Shown piece by piece: positions 52,991-64,000 of a stretch of DNA of 64,000 bases. The stretch lies in assembly GCA_951406725.2 (NCBI GenBank), contig OX597815.1, positions 131,068,001 through 131,132,000 of the forward strand, read 5' to 3'. Positions within the stretch are counted from its first letter, which is position 1. Each line of letters opens with the position of its first letter. The translations under genes were made by a program, and so were the position numbers. The stretch comes from Octopus vulgaris (lineage: Eukaryota). The notes beneath the pieces were generated by a model. It worked only from the letters and a program-made list of their open reading frames with translations. It was not told where the DNA came from and did not search any database.

Positions 52991-53420
52991 TGTCTGTGTG
53001 TATGTGTGTGTCTGTGTGTATGTGTGTGTGCATGTGTGCGAGTGTGTGTGTGTGTATCTGTGTGTGTATGTGTGTGTTTATCTTTGTATGTCTTTGCTTT
53101 GATATCATTTAACTTGTGTGTGTATGAGTGTTTATTGTATGTCTTTGCTTTGATATGATTTAATGTGTGTGTGTGTGAATATTTATCTTTGTATGTGTTT
53201 ACTTTGATATGATTTAACTTGGGTGTGATTGTGTGTATGTGTGTGTATGTGTGTGTGAGTGTGTATGTGTGTGTAAGTGTTTACTTTTGCATTTGTCTGC
53301 TTTGAAATGATTTAACTTTTGTGTGTGTGTATGTGTGTGTGTGTGTGTCTGTGTGTGTGTGTGTGTGTCTGTATGTGTGTGAGTGTTAGAGAGCATTTAC
53401 CTTTGCTTTGATATCATTTA
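52820..53420. repeat. Compound minisatellite: about 35-bp core separated by variable (TG)n
   Basis: Core tttatctttgtatgtctttgctttgatatcatttaac recurs about six times. Confidence 0.85.
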
Positions 53421-53421
53421 A

Positions 53422-53866
53422 CCCTTTCATTAACAACCTGGCTGAAAGCGGTTCTGGCTTTGTAGTACAAATGTTTTGTTTTCATAAGTTTTGAATTAAA
53501 ATCTTCCTCCAAATTTTAGTCACAATTTATGTCCCTAACACTAGCTGAATGATGACTAAGTAATTTTACTAAATTCTTTATTATATTTAAAGTAATTGAA
53601 AGAAACACAGAGCATCTCAAAATAAAAACAGTAACCAAAGGTTTAACTCATCAGCATTTAGTCTGTCTATATCTGACCCAGATATATTACCTGCTTAATG
53701 TCCAAACTATCAGGATCTGGCGTCTCAAACCTACCCCACAATGTCATTCTATAAACATACAGTCACACCACCAAAATCTCAGAGTTTCAGTATAATCCAT
53801 GATTAATTCAAAACAATGTGAATAAATAAACATTACTTTTAATGGAGTAACCTGAATGCTAAAGGG
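53422..53866. mobile_element. Two abutting piggyBac-type MITEs sharing one TTAA
   Basis: 53422-53642 matches 17107-17326; TTAA at 53643-53646; the second element ends gaatgctaaaggg|TTAA at 53866. Confidence 0.8.
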
Positions 53867-54320
53867 TTAAGGCAGTGCTGCCATGTCTAATGTTAACAAA
53901 ATATCTGCCAAAAGTTGTATGTGTGCAGGAGTGGCTGTGTGGTAAGTAGCTTGCCTACCAGCCACATGGTTCCGGGTTCAGTCCCACTGCCAGGCACCTT
54001 TGGCAAATGTCTTCTACCAAAGCCTTGTGAGTGGATTTGGTAGACAAAAACTTAAAGAAGCCCGCCGTCATCGTCATATTCATCATCATCATCATCATTG
54101 TTTAGCGTCCGCTTTCCATGCTGGTATGGGTTAGTCAATTTGACTGAGGACTGGCAAACCAGATGGCTGCACCAGCCTCCAATCTGATCTGGCAGAGTTT
54201 CTACAGCTGGATGCCCTTCCTGAGAGTGTAGTGGGTGTTTTTATGTTCCACAGGTACGAGGACTAGTCAGGCAGTACTGGCAATGGCCATGCTCAAATAT
54301 ACATGCATACATATATATAT

Positions 54321-55064
54321 ATAACTTATAAAATAAGGGCAAAAGAAAAAATTCTAATGCCAAATATGCTGAAAATAACAAATTGTCAATAACCATTATA
54401 ATTTATCACAATTAACATGTGTCTCGAAACAAGCCGATAGAAATTTCTAAAAAATTCCGTTATTACCGTATTGGTCCCAATTTCAGAGTTAATTCATAAG
54501 AATTTTCTCCTCCTCAGCGATAAATACGTAAGACATAAATGAAATACTTATTCATACCCCGGGAAAAAACAAGCACTGAGCAGACCTAAGTACCCCAAAT
54601 ATATCCAAAATAGAAAATCTTCAGCACATCTTGAGTCACATGTGATTCGAACTAGAAACTTTCACAGAGTGAGAGAGTCCAGAGGTGAACACTATTAAAT
54701 TTACATCTAAGATAGGATAAAATTTTTCGAAAAGAATTTTATCAATGGCCAGCATACTAAAAAATACTTTTAAAGGTTAAATTTATAAATAACTTATAAA
54801 ATAAGAGGATTTTCTATTTTGGATATATTTGGGATACTTAGGTCTGCTCAGGACTTAGTGCTTGCTTTTTCCGTGGGTATGAGCAAGTATTTCATTTATG
54901 TCTTACGTATTTATCGCTGAGGAGGAGAAAATTCTTATGAATTAACTCTGAAATTGGGACCAATACGGTAATAACGGAATTTTTTATCAGCTTGTTTCGA
55001 GACACATGTTAATTGTGATAAATTATAATGGTCATTGACAATTTTCTATTTTCAGCATATTTGG
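54321..55064. mobile_element. Penelope-like terminal repeat unit plus inverted partial copy
   Basis: Direct repeat ataacttataaaataag at 54321 and 54789; about 54359-54621 is inverted at about 54805-55064; each arm has a CTGAGGA...GAAA hammerhead-like motif. Confidence 0.75.
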
Positions 55065-58000
55065 CTGATAGGGAAGGTGGGAAAATAATGTGTAGGGGTG
55101 GGGTGGGCTTACGAGGGAGGGGTGATGATGAAGAGGGAAGGAGAAGGTGGCTAAGAGAAGTAGGAGTCAGAGCAAGAGAAGAGAGGTAGGTAGGAGGATG
55201 TAGGTGTCAGGGGTGGAGGTTAAATGATGAGGGGAGGAGAGTTGAGCCCATGTGGCACAAAGGAGTGAAGAGAGGAGATTAATCCCTGTTCACGGCGCAA
55301 ACGGGAGTCCGGATGGACCTTGTGCAAAGACAATCCAAACACGGACAGGTGTTGCAAAGAGTGACCGGTAGAGCAGAAATGGCACGAAACCGGGATGTCA
55401 TTGTTGAGTCAGATGTCTTGGAGGTGTTCAGCGAACTGGTCAGCCAAGCAGCGTCCCATTTGCCTGATGTATAGAGAAGAGCAGAGAGAGCAGCAGATGC
55501 AGTAGATGATATTGATGGAAGTGCAGGTGAAAGAGTTGGTGATGTGAGAGGGTCGATGACGGGTGCCGGTGAGGAGGGTGGTGTTGGAGAGGTATGGGGA
55601 ATTGTGGCAGCGTGGGCAGAAGCAGGGGAACGAGTCAATTTGGGAGGTTGGGTTGGGGAAGAAGGTGTAGACCAAGAGGTCTGGTAGGTCGATTGAAGGA
55701 GGCAAAGGGTCGGTTAGGGAAGATGTGCAAAGTGGATGAGTTGGACTGGAGTTACTGGAAGGCTCGGAGAATGGTGCGTGGGAGAGGTAGGGTGGTGAGG
55801 TGGTAGGTGAGGGGAAATCGGAGGCGGGAGACAGCGGGGCGAGTTTTGGGGGAGAGAGTAGATGCACGGTCCATGGAACGTGCTCTGGCAAGGGCGATGT
55901 GGAGAGTGGTGAGGGGATATCCTCGTAGGATGCAATGGTGAATCATGAGTTGAGACTGAGTCGCAAAGTCATGGTCGTCTCTACAGAGACTGCATAGACG
56001 GAGGAATTGGGAATAGGGGATGGAAAGCTTGGTGTGTTTAGGGTGGGAGGAAGAGAAGTTGAGGTATGAGTGTGAGTCTGTGTGTTTGTCGTGGATGGAG
56101 ATGGTGAGAGTGGAGTGATGAATGCTGACCGAAATGTCAAGAAAGAAGACAGAGGTGTCAGAGATAGTGCAGGAGAATTGGATGGCAGGATGGAAAGATT
56201 TCACAAAAGAGAAGGAGTGTAGACATTCGCGGGAGAGTGAGGTCACACAGATACAGTCATCAATATAATGGCCGTATAGTTTGGGAGTGGACCAGTGAAA
56301 CTTTAGAATATTTGGGCCTCAACGTAGCCAACGAACAGGTTGGGTCCCATTCTCGTTCCCATGGCCACTCCCGAGACATGCTGGTAGAAATCACCCACGA
56401 ATGAGAAGCAGTTGAGTGAGAGGACAAGTTCGGCCAGACGAATGAGTGTGGGTGTGTCAGGTTGGGGGTTGAGTCGAAGGTCTAGGAAATGTTGGAGTGC
56501 ATGCAGCCCCTCGTGGTGAGGGATCACCATGCAATGGCTCTAGATGTCGAGGGTGAAGAGAAGTTTAGAGGGGCCAGAAGAGGAGAGAGAGTTGAATAAA
56601 CGAAGCGCGTAGTTGGTGTCATGAATGTGAAAGAGGAGGGAAACCACTAGTGGGGAAAGGACATGGTCAAGATATCTGGAGATAAGTTCGGTGGGGCAGT
56701 TGTAGGTGGAGACGATGGAGTGGCCAGGGTTGCTAGGTTTGGGGATTTTGGCGAGGAAGTAAATGGTAGGGGTGCGAGGTGTGCGGACAATGAGGTTGGA
56801 AGCAGTGAGGGGGATGGGAGGAGAAGATGAGGTCATGGATAGTGGAGGACACAGTCTGTTGGTAGCTGGGCATGTAGTCAGAGGGCAGAGGGCAGTAGAA
56901 GGAGGTGTCTTAAAGTTGGCGGAGAGCTTCAGCCTTGTAGAGTTTCGCACGCCACACCGCCATGGCTCCACTCTTGTCGGCCAGTTTTATGATGATGTCA
57001 GTGCAGCGTTGGAGACATTGAAGAATCAAGAGTTCAGCTGGAGAGATGTTTAGATGATGGGGATGCCTGGAAAAGTTAAACCTTTCCTCAGCGCGCTGGC
57101 AGGCGCCTGCATAAAGATTGACTGCTTGGAATTGGCCAGGAGCTGGCGTTCACTGGGATGGTCGGCGGCCCAGGTCGGTGAAGCAGTCCCCATTAGATGC
57201 AGGTGGAGTATCGTGGAAAAAGTCACACAACCTAACATGGCGCACAAAGCTGTGGATATTGGCACGAGCCCAAAATTCGTTGCTGGATGGAGTAAGGGGG
57301 ATGAAGCACAGACCACTACTGAGGAGGAAGCGCTCCGCCTCAGAGAGGGGAAAGATCTGGAGGAATGGTAACAACAGACTGAAGTGGAGAAGGGGTGGAT
57401 GGGATAGAAGTGGAAGGGGTGTTGAAAATGTTGGAAGGCTGGGAGGGATGGGATGGGGGTATGTGTGTATGGGTGTTTGGATGGACGGGTGTTGGGGGTT
57501 GGGTGAGGGTGGAGGAGTGTATCAGGGAGAGAGAAGGGTAGTGGAGTAGTTGGGGTAGTGGCATCAGGTGTGATGGAATGGAGGAGTGAGTGGAGTTTGG
57601 TGTTGTTTGGTGTTAGCGAGAAATTGATGAAAGGGATGATTTAAATGAATTATGTAACGTAATGTGGTGTTGGCATGAGAGGGCGACTGAGAGGAGAAGA
57701 TGGGAAAAGCAAGGGAGAGAAGATGGTCGATGGTGTGTATTTTGGAGAAATTGGAGCGAATGGTGGCACACATTAGGTGGTAGGATGTAATACGGAGTAT
57801 AGGTAGGATGGTTGTAGCAGAGTGGAGAGTGAGGTGGAAATGGAGGTGGAAACCTTTAGGGATGTAAGTAGTGACTGAGAAATAAAATGTGACTAGAGAA
57901 ACAAGTTTTTTTGAAAATGAATAGGGAAAGGTTAAAGGAAGGCTGAAAGCAGTGGGAAGGAAGTGTGCAAAGGTGTTGCTTTAGACGTTTGTGGAGGTCG

Positions 58001-58090
58001 AGGAGGAAAGGTTTGTAATCAGGCCTGATTGTAAAATGAGAAGAGAAGGGAAAGAAAGGAGAAAAAAGGGAAAAAGGGGGGGGAAGGTAA
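55065..58090 (-). mobile_element. Decayed near-full-length Penelope-like retroelement (RT + Cys linker + GIY-YIG)
   Basis: Ordered minus-strand motifs PKGF, IIIKLADKSG, IYFLAKIPK, LFTLDI, IPHHEG, GVAMGTRMGP, YIDD, FLDI, YLNFSSSHP..TK.SIPYSQFLRL, C..PRC, FTCTS.NIIYCI.CS.CS.LYI...R.LADQFAEH; many stops and frameshifts. Confidence 0.9.
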
Positions 58091-58557
58091 ATAAAGATGT
58101 GGGGAGATAATCTAGAAATTTTAATTAATTAAACTTAATTGAATATGGAATATAGTGTAGCATTAGGATGACAACTTTGGACATGTTTACGCCTTGTTAG
58201 ATCGCATTAGGGAAACTTAATGCAACTGTAACATTTTCTTTTCTATACTGGCATGTGTGATGAGCCAGAGTGTTGTACTGAGCTCTAATGTCTGCATAGT
58301 TTCTACAGCTGGATGCCCTTCCTAATGCCAACCACTGTACAGGGTGTACTGGGTACTTTTCTGTGGCACCAGCGCTAATGAGGTCACCAAGTACTTTCAA
58401 GACAGGACCCCCTAAACTGAATTGGGTGTAATATGGAGGGATATGAAAGTATGATAGAGGGACATGAACAGATATCTTGCTGAAGTTGTGAATACATGGC
58501 GTCTTCACCTGAAGAGAGAGAGAGAGAGATGGAAGAATAACTACAGATAGTTATTAC

Positions 58558-58620
<63 letters not shown>

Positions 58621-58624
<4 letters not shown>

Positions 58625-59859
58625 GTTGTCTAGAAAGTTCTGTTTTTAACCTTTCAATAAATATTATTCAATAAAATAATTTCCATTATTATCAATGACC
58701 TTTGCCCATCTATCAGGCAATTTAAATATTCCAGCAGCATTAAATTTCACTGGTTTTGAAGAAAAAAGTTATCTAGATGCATCATGACTCCGTCTAAATT
58801 GTTAAATATTTTTCCTTGCATTGAGTTCTGTAGAAACAAAAACAAGTGGCAGTCAGATGGCACACTATCAGGAGAATATGGTGGATGGGGAAAGAGATCC
58901 CAGCCAAGTTCATGTAGCTTTGTTCAGGTAGACAAAGACACATGTAGTTAGACATTATCTTGTTGGAACACTACCCCCTTTCCTGTTGGCAGTCTCCAGC
59001 CTCAATTCTTTAATTTTTTGGTTCAAATTAGCCAGCTGACGACAGTACATATCAAGATTAATGGTGTGGTTTTGTAGGAGAAGTTCTTAATAAATAATAC
59101 CTTTATGCTCCCACCAAACACAAAGCATAGCTTTTTTGGCATGGATATTCATCTTTAGTTGCTTTTTTGGGGGATCCTTATGCGAACTCTAGGATCTTAT
59201 TCACAATACATTTTTGTAGACATTCCATTTTTCCTCTCCAATCACAAGCTGTTTCAAAAAAAAAAAAAAAGCATGCTTTCATTCCATTTCAAAAGCATAT
59301 CACAAATGGAATACTGGTCTAAGCAATTATTTGCTGAGAGTTTGTGAGAGACCAATACATTATAGCAAGAAATGTATCATAGCTTCACTAGCTGTTCATA
59401 AGCCATACTTTTAGAAACATCCAACTTTTCTGCATGTTCTCTAGTCATGATATTTGATTTTTTTCTTCAAAACATCTTCATCCAATTTTGAATGTCTTCC
59501 TCTGTAACTGTCATCTTCCAAGATAAATTATCCAGCTTTAAATTTTGCAAACCACTTTTGAACATTAGATTTACCTACAGCATCATCAACAAAAACTTCA
59601 CAAATGTTTTTGCAAGTCTTTGCAGCATTTTTTCCATTTTTAAATTAGAAAAGCATTACAATGCGGGTATGAAATTTTGATTATCCATTTCAAATGTCAA
59701 TAAAGGGTAACCAGAATGAAAGATAAATCTATTTTTAGTCAGGAACAAAGAAGAGATGCACTACCACTTCGAGCAACCAAAGGTTTACATTTCAGGTGTG
59801 TTCAATGAAGCGTTAAAAGATTTAGCTTAAAAATGCCCAGAATTTTCCAGACAACCTAA
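58621..59859 (-). mobile_element. Full-length inactive mariner transposon
   Basis: TIRs ttaggttgtctagaaagttctg / cagaattttccagacaacctaa flanked by TA; decayed transposase from ATG at 59688 with VQKWFAKFK, QQDN and LGWDLFPHPPYSPDSVPSDCHLF. Confidence 0.92.
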
Positions 59860-59873
59860 TACATTTCTATGAA

Positions 59874-60085
59874 AAGGTGGCAAGCTGGCAGAAACGTTAG
59901 CACACCGGGTGAAATGCTTAGCAGTATTTCATCTATCTTTACATTCTGACTTCTAATTCCACAAAGGTTGACTTTGCCTTTCACCTTTCAGGGTCAATAA
60001 TTTAAATACCCATTGCATACTGGGGTTGATATAATTAATAGGCCCCCTCCCCAAAAATTTTGGGCCTTGTGTCTAGAGTAGAAAA
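59874..60085 (+). mobile_element. SINE family B copy
   Basis: Matches 45052-45270. Confidence 0.85.
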
Positions 60086-60554
60086 AAAAAATTCTATGAA
60101 TGAATGAATGGTGAAAAACAATCAGGATTGTATGATGTATGAAAAATGAACAGCACTTAGAGGCTATTCATGAATGAACACAATTTGCAAAGGGTATCTG
60201 CAATAATATGTAACCATAGGAGTCTGTGACAGATAGAAGACATGCTGTTCAGAAGTTAGTTTATTGATCATGTGATTTCAAGTTCAGTCCCACTGTGTGA
60301 CACCTAAGGTAGGTGTCTTCTACTATAGCCTCTGGCTGATGAAAGCTTTGTGCAGAAATTGAAAGAAATTGAAAGAAGCCTGTTGTGTATATATATATGT
60401 TAAGCAAGATATAAGTTTATGCAACCATCTAAGGGATAGATGTATCCATAGGTATATGGTAGTAGGTAATTTAAAGGTAAAACCGTGGTTAATACATATT
60501 GACTTTTAAACACCAATGATCCACTTCTCATTGTTAATTATTGCTCCATTTCTT

Positions 60555-60603
<49 letters not shown>

Positions 60604-60621
60604 ATATATATATATACATAC

Positions 60622-60654
<33 letters not shown>

Positions 60655-60659
60655 CATAT

Positions 60660-60960
60660 CATCATCATCATCATCATCGTTTAACGTCCGTTCTCCATGC
60701 TAGCATTGGTTGGATGGTTCGACCGGGGATCTGGGAAGCCAGAAGGCTACACCAGGCTCCAGTCTTATCTGGCAATGTTTCTACAGCTGGATGCCCTTCC
60801 TAACGCCAACCACTCCGTGAGTGTAGTGGGTGCTTTTTACGTGCCACCTGCACAGGTGCCAGGCGAGGCTGGCAACGGCCACGGTCGGATTGGTGTATTT
60901 TATGTGCCACCGGCACGGAAGCCAGTCGAGGCGGCGCTGGCATCGGCCATGAGTCGGATA
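60660..60960 (-). mobile_element. SINE family C, young copy
   Basis: Close reverse-complement match to 14537-14858. Confidence 0.9.
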
Positions 60961-61499
60961 TATATATATATATATATATATATAGATGTATATATATCTA
61001 TGCATAAGAGGTTTTATGTTTGTATTTGTCTTCCATTATTGTCTGACAACCAGGGCTGGTTTATTTACTTCATTGTAACTTAATGGTTCAGCAGAAGATA
61101 CTGACAGACTAAATAACAGGCTCAAAAAGAAAAATAAGAACTGGTATCAATTCATTTGGCTAAAACCCTTCAAGGCAGTGCCCCAGCATGGCCGCAGCCC
61201 AAAAACTTAAACATATTATGAATAAAAGAATAGTGGGTATGTGTTACATATGTGTGTGAGTGTGTCTGTGTAAATGTTTGCATTGTGCTTTATGTAGGCA
61301 TTCATAAATGATGAAGCGCATTGGTAATCTATTGTCAACAAATCATTTGCCAGCTCTGCACTTTGCATTAAAAATCCTTTGCTTAAAAAGAAGGTAAGGG
61401 TTAGTTAAAGGAAGGCCCTCAATAACATACATTTTGTAACCAATGTTGGTATGGAAAAACAGGCATAATCTGAATGAAAGAGAAATAAATGGAGTTAAT

Positions 61500-61910
61500 A
61501 GGCACAGGCATAGCTGTGTGATTAAGGAGCTTGCTTTACAGCCATGTGATTACAGGTTGAGTCCCATTGTGTGGCACCTCGGGTATGTGATTTTTATCAT
61601 AGCCCTGGGTTGACCAATGTCTTGTCAGTGAATTTGGTAGGTTGAAATTTTGTGAAAGCTTGTTATATGTATAGTTTTATATGTATATATATCCATATAT
61701 GTATATTTATGAATGTGTGTGTGTGTGTGTGTGTGTGTGTGTTGTTTGTGTTTACCCAATGGTTGACAGTCAGTGTTGGTTTGTTTACATCCTCATAACT
61801 TAGTGTTTTAGCACAAGAGTCTGCTAGAGTAAGTAGCAGTTAAAAAAACAATATTCCTCAGGTCAATTTGCTTGACTAACCCTAAAATGTAATGGCTAAG
61901 ACAAGCACAA
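61500..61910 (+). mobile_element. SINE family A, old diverged copy
   Basis: Head ggcacaggcatagctgtgtg...gagtcccattgtgtggcacc and a recognisable body. Confidence 0.7.
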
Positions 61911-63370
61911 GACAAAATGTTTTCTTAGTCAGTACCCCTTGGTTACAAATATTTAGGGATAAATCATCATTGATAAATATTACTGATGACAAGAGAAAAT
62001 TAGAAAAATATTTGCCATCCACTCATTCACCCATCCAGCTCTGAATAATACACCTGTGTAAGATGAATGAGGTATTGATTGATTACCTTATTATAACCAA
62101 GGAAAACAAACATTATTGTTGAGTGTGCTTGTAATCCAGTAATAATTACCATTTAGATGAAGGATGAAGATTTTAAATCATAAAGTATTTGAGCAAATAA
62201 ACATAATTTGGATCTTAATTTGATTTTAGAATTTAAATCATTGTTTATTTGAAAATATTCCTTTGTGTAAATTTATGATTCACAAGCACTATTTTATCCC
62301 CCTCCACTACATTCTCCTTTTCTGTTTTTATAATCATCATCATTGCTTTTACCTGGGCTTTTTTAGGACCCATGTTCCGAAATCTACATATGATCAAGTG
62401 TTTGCCAACATCACAGCCTTTTTTAATTTGTTGTTGCACAATTTAATTACTTTTGCATTCAATTTTATGGAAAATTTATACAAACTCTCAAAATATCAAA
62501 TATGATTCTTTTGTAACCATACTGCATTAATGAGAATCTTTAATCTTGCAATAGATTTTGGCATAAAATGAAATCTTCAACATTTTGCTTTTCCTATTTG
62601 TTTTCATTGTTGCCTAATAGCTGATTCATATTTCTTTGCTCTCTTAAGGTAGAGCTTTTCTCTTAGTCCTTTCATTATTGAAAATCATTAAAATAATGTT
62701 GATATCTGTCATGTTCAAATTTTTAATATGTGTTAATCTATAAAGACATTCATGGCTTCACACTGACTTTTTTAAAAAAAATATTTGGACACAAGTTTAC
62801 AGGAGGAGGATATAAGTTTGTAAGATGTTTATACATTTCTTAAGAACAGAAGCTGGGTAAATGAGGCAATTTCAATTCCATTTGGGATTGAAGCTGTTTT
62901 ATCAGAGTTTATCATTCACTCTGCAACTGCAACCCTGTTTCACAATGAAAGTTCTTATAGTGTTTGAAAAATCCAATTATGTTCCTCACTGTGGAACATT
63001 GCTAGAATGGTAAGAATTGTTAGCACAGAAGACAAAATATTTTGTGGCATTTCTGTTGGCTTTATGCTCCGATGCTACTGGCATGAAAATTTTCACACAT
63101 GTGCAGGAAGGATGGTGTCACCTCCTACCTATAGGATTTTGCCTATGGGCCATTAATTTTGGCGTGTAAAAATAAAGTTGAATACGTTTTGAACACACCT
63201 CATATATACTTTTCTTGCTGGACTGCGAGTTTGTTTCTCTTTTTGCCATCTGTGATTTTTCTTTTGATCTTCTATATAAATGAAGATATTTCCTCCATCT
63301 GGCTGCTTTTCTTTCTTCAAAATGGAAAGTTAAATTGCAGAACAGTCATTTTAACGAGCTGTATTTATTT

Positions 63371-63475
63371 ATCACCTGACGAGATACATCTGCACCACCG
63401 ATGCTCCTGACCCAGTTATTGAGTGTCCCACTGATGAGGGATCGATGCCAGATGTGTTGAAACAATTGTCATGAT
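63371..63475 (+). ncRNA. Type I hammerhead ribozyme with greatly extended stem II (canonical core)
   Basis: atcac-CTGACGA-gatacatctg...cagatgtgtt-GAAA-caattg-TC-atgat; GUC cleavage triplet at 63468-63470; one mismatch at the base of stem I. Confidence 0.75.
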
Positions 63476-63528
63476 TAATAAATTCTCGTATATTCCATCT
63501 TCCATCTGCCATATATACATATACATAC

Positions 63529-63578
<50 letters not shown>

Positions 63579-64000
63579 CATTAAATGCTAAAATACATAC
63601 ACATAGGACAGACACAGAAGGACCCTAATTCTTCATCAGTTATCAATCGAAATGTTAATACTCAGTTTCATGCCTTTAATGGTAAGACTGAGAGCTTTGC
63701 ATATTGGTGGCACCAGCAAAATTTGAGGAGAATTAGTGCTTTTTGTCTACCAAATTTCACTCACAATACATTGGCTAACCCAAGATTTTAGGGAAAAAAA
63801 AATCTTATCTAAGAGGCCATGCATTGGGAATGAACCTGAAAACACTTGGTTCCAAAGCAAACTTCATAACCACAAAACCATGCCTTGTGCCTGCACAAAC
63901 AAAACGATTGTAATTTAATATCTTACTATATTATGATCGTGTTCACTCACTAGAATCTTACAATACCATTCATGTTATGCAATTGTTTTTTATTGATTGA

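Noticed and set aside
57050-57564. Plus-strand ORFs over 55.5-57.6 kb
   Set aside because: They are antisense shadows of the Penelope-like ORF.

Overview
AT-rich, repeat-saturated eukaryotic DNA. The mix of SINE families, microsatellites and transposons resembles a coleoid cephalopod, probably Octopus; this is recognition from memory, not a database result. No complete host gene, rRNA or CRISPR array is supported, and most track ORFs are microsatellite or SINE artefacts. The window holds dozens of copies of three SINE families (A, B, C here), one young 5'-truncated CR1-type LINE (35751-38406), a decayed near-full-length Penelope-like element (about 55065-58090) plus other Penelope-like ends, R4/Dong-like fragments in (TAA)n arrays (21-27 kb), RTE and CRE-like fragments, a complete but dead mariner (58621-59859), TTAA-flanked MITEs, a DINE-1/HINE-type element and a tRNA-Glu relic. 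The strongest signal outside the ORF track is a dense set of type I hammerhead-ribozyme motifs (stem I - CUGANGA - stem II - GAAA - self-complementary stem III - UH - stem I') in several otherwise dissimilar short non-coding repeats. They include a 454-bp head-to-tail retrozyme-like dimer (38441-39357), a near-perfect fold-back with an intact hammerhead on each strand (33516-33884), and hammerheads with a greatly extended stem II (63371-63475, 34336-34440). All folds were read by eye and need computational and biochemical confirmation.
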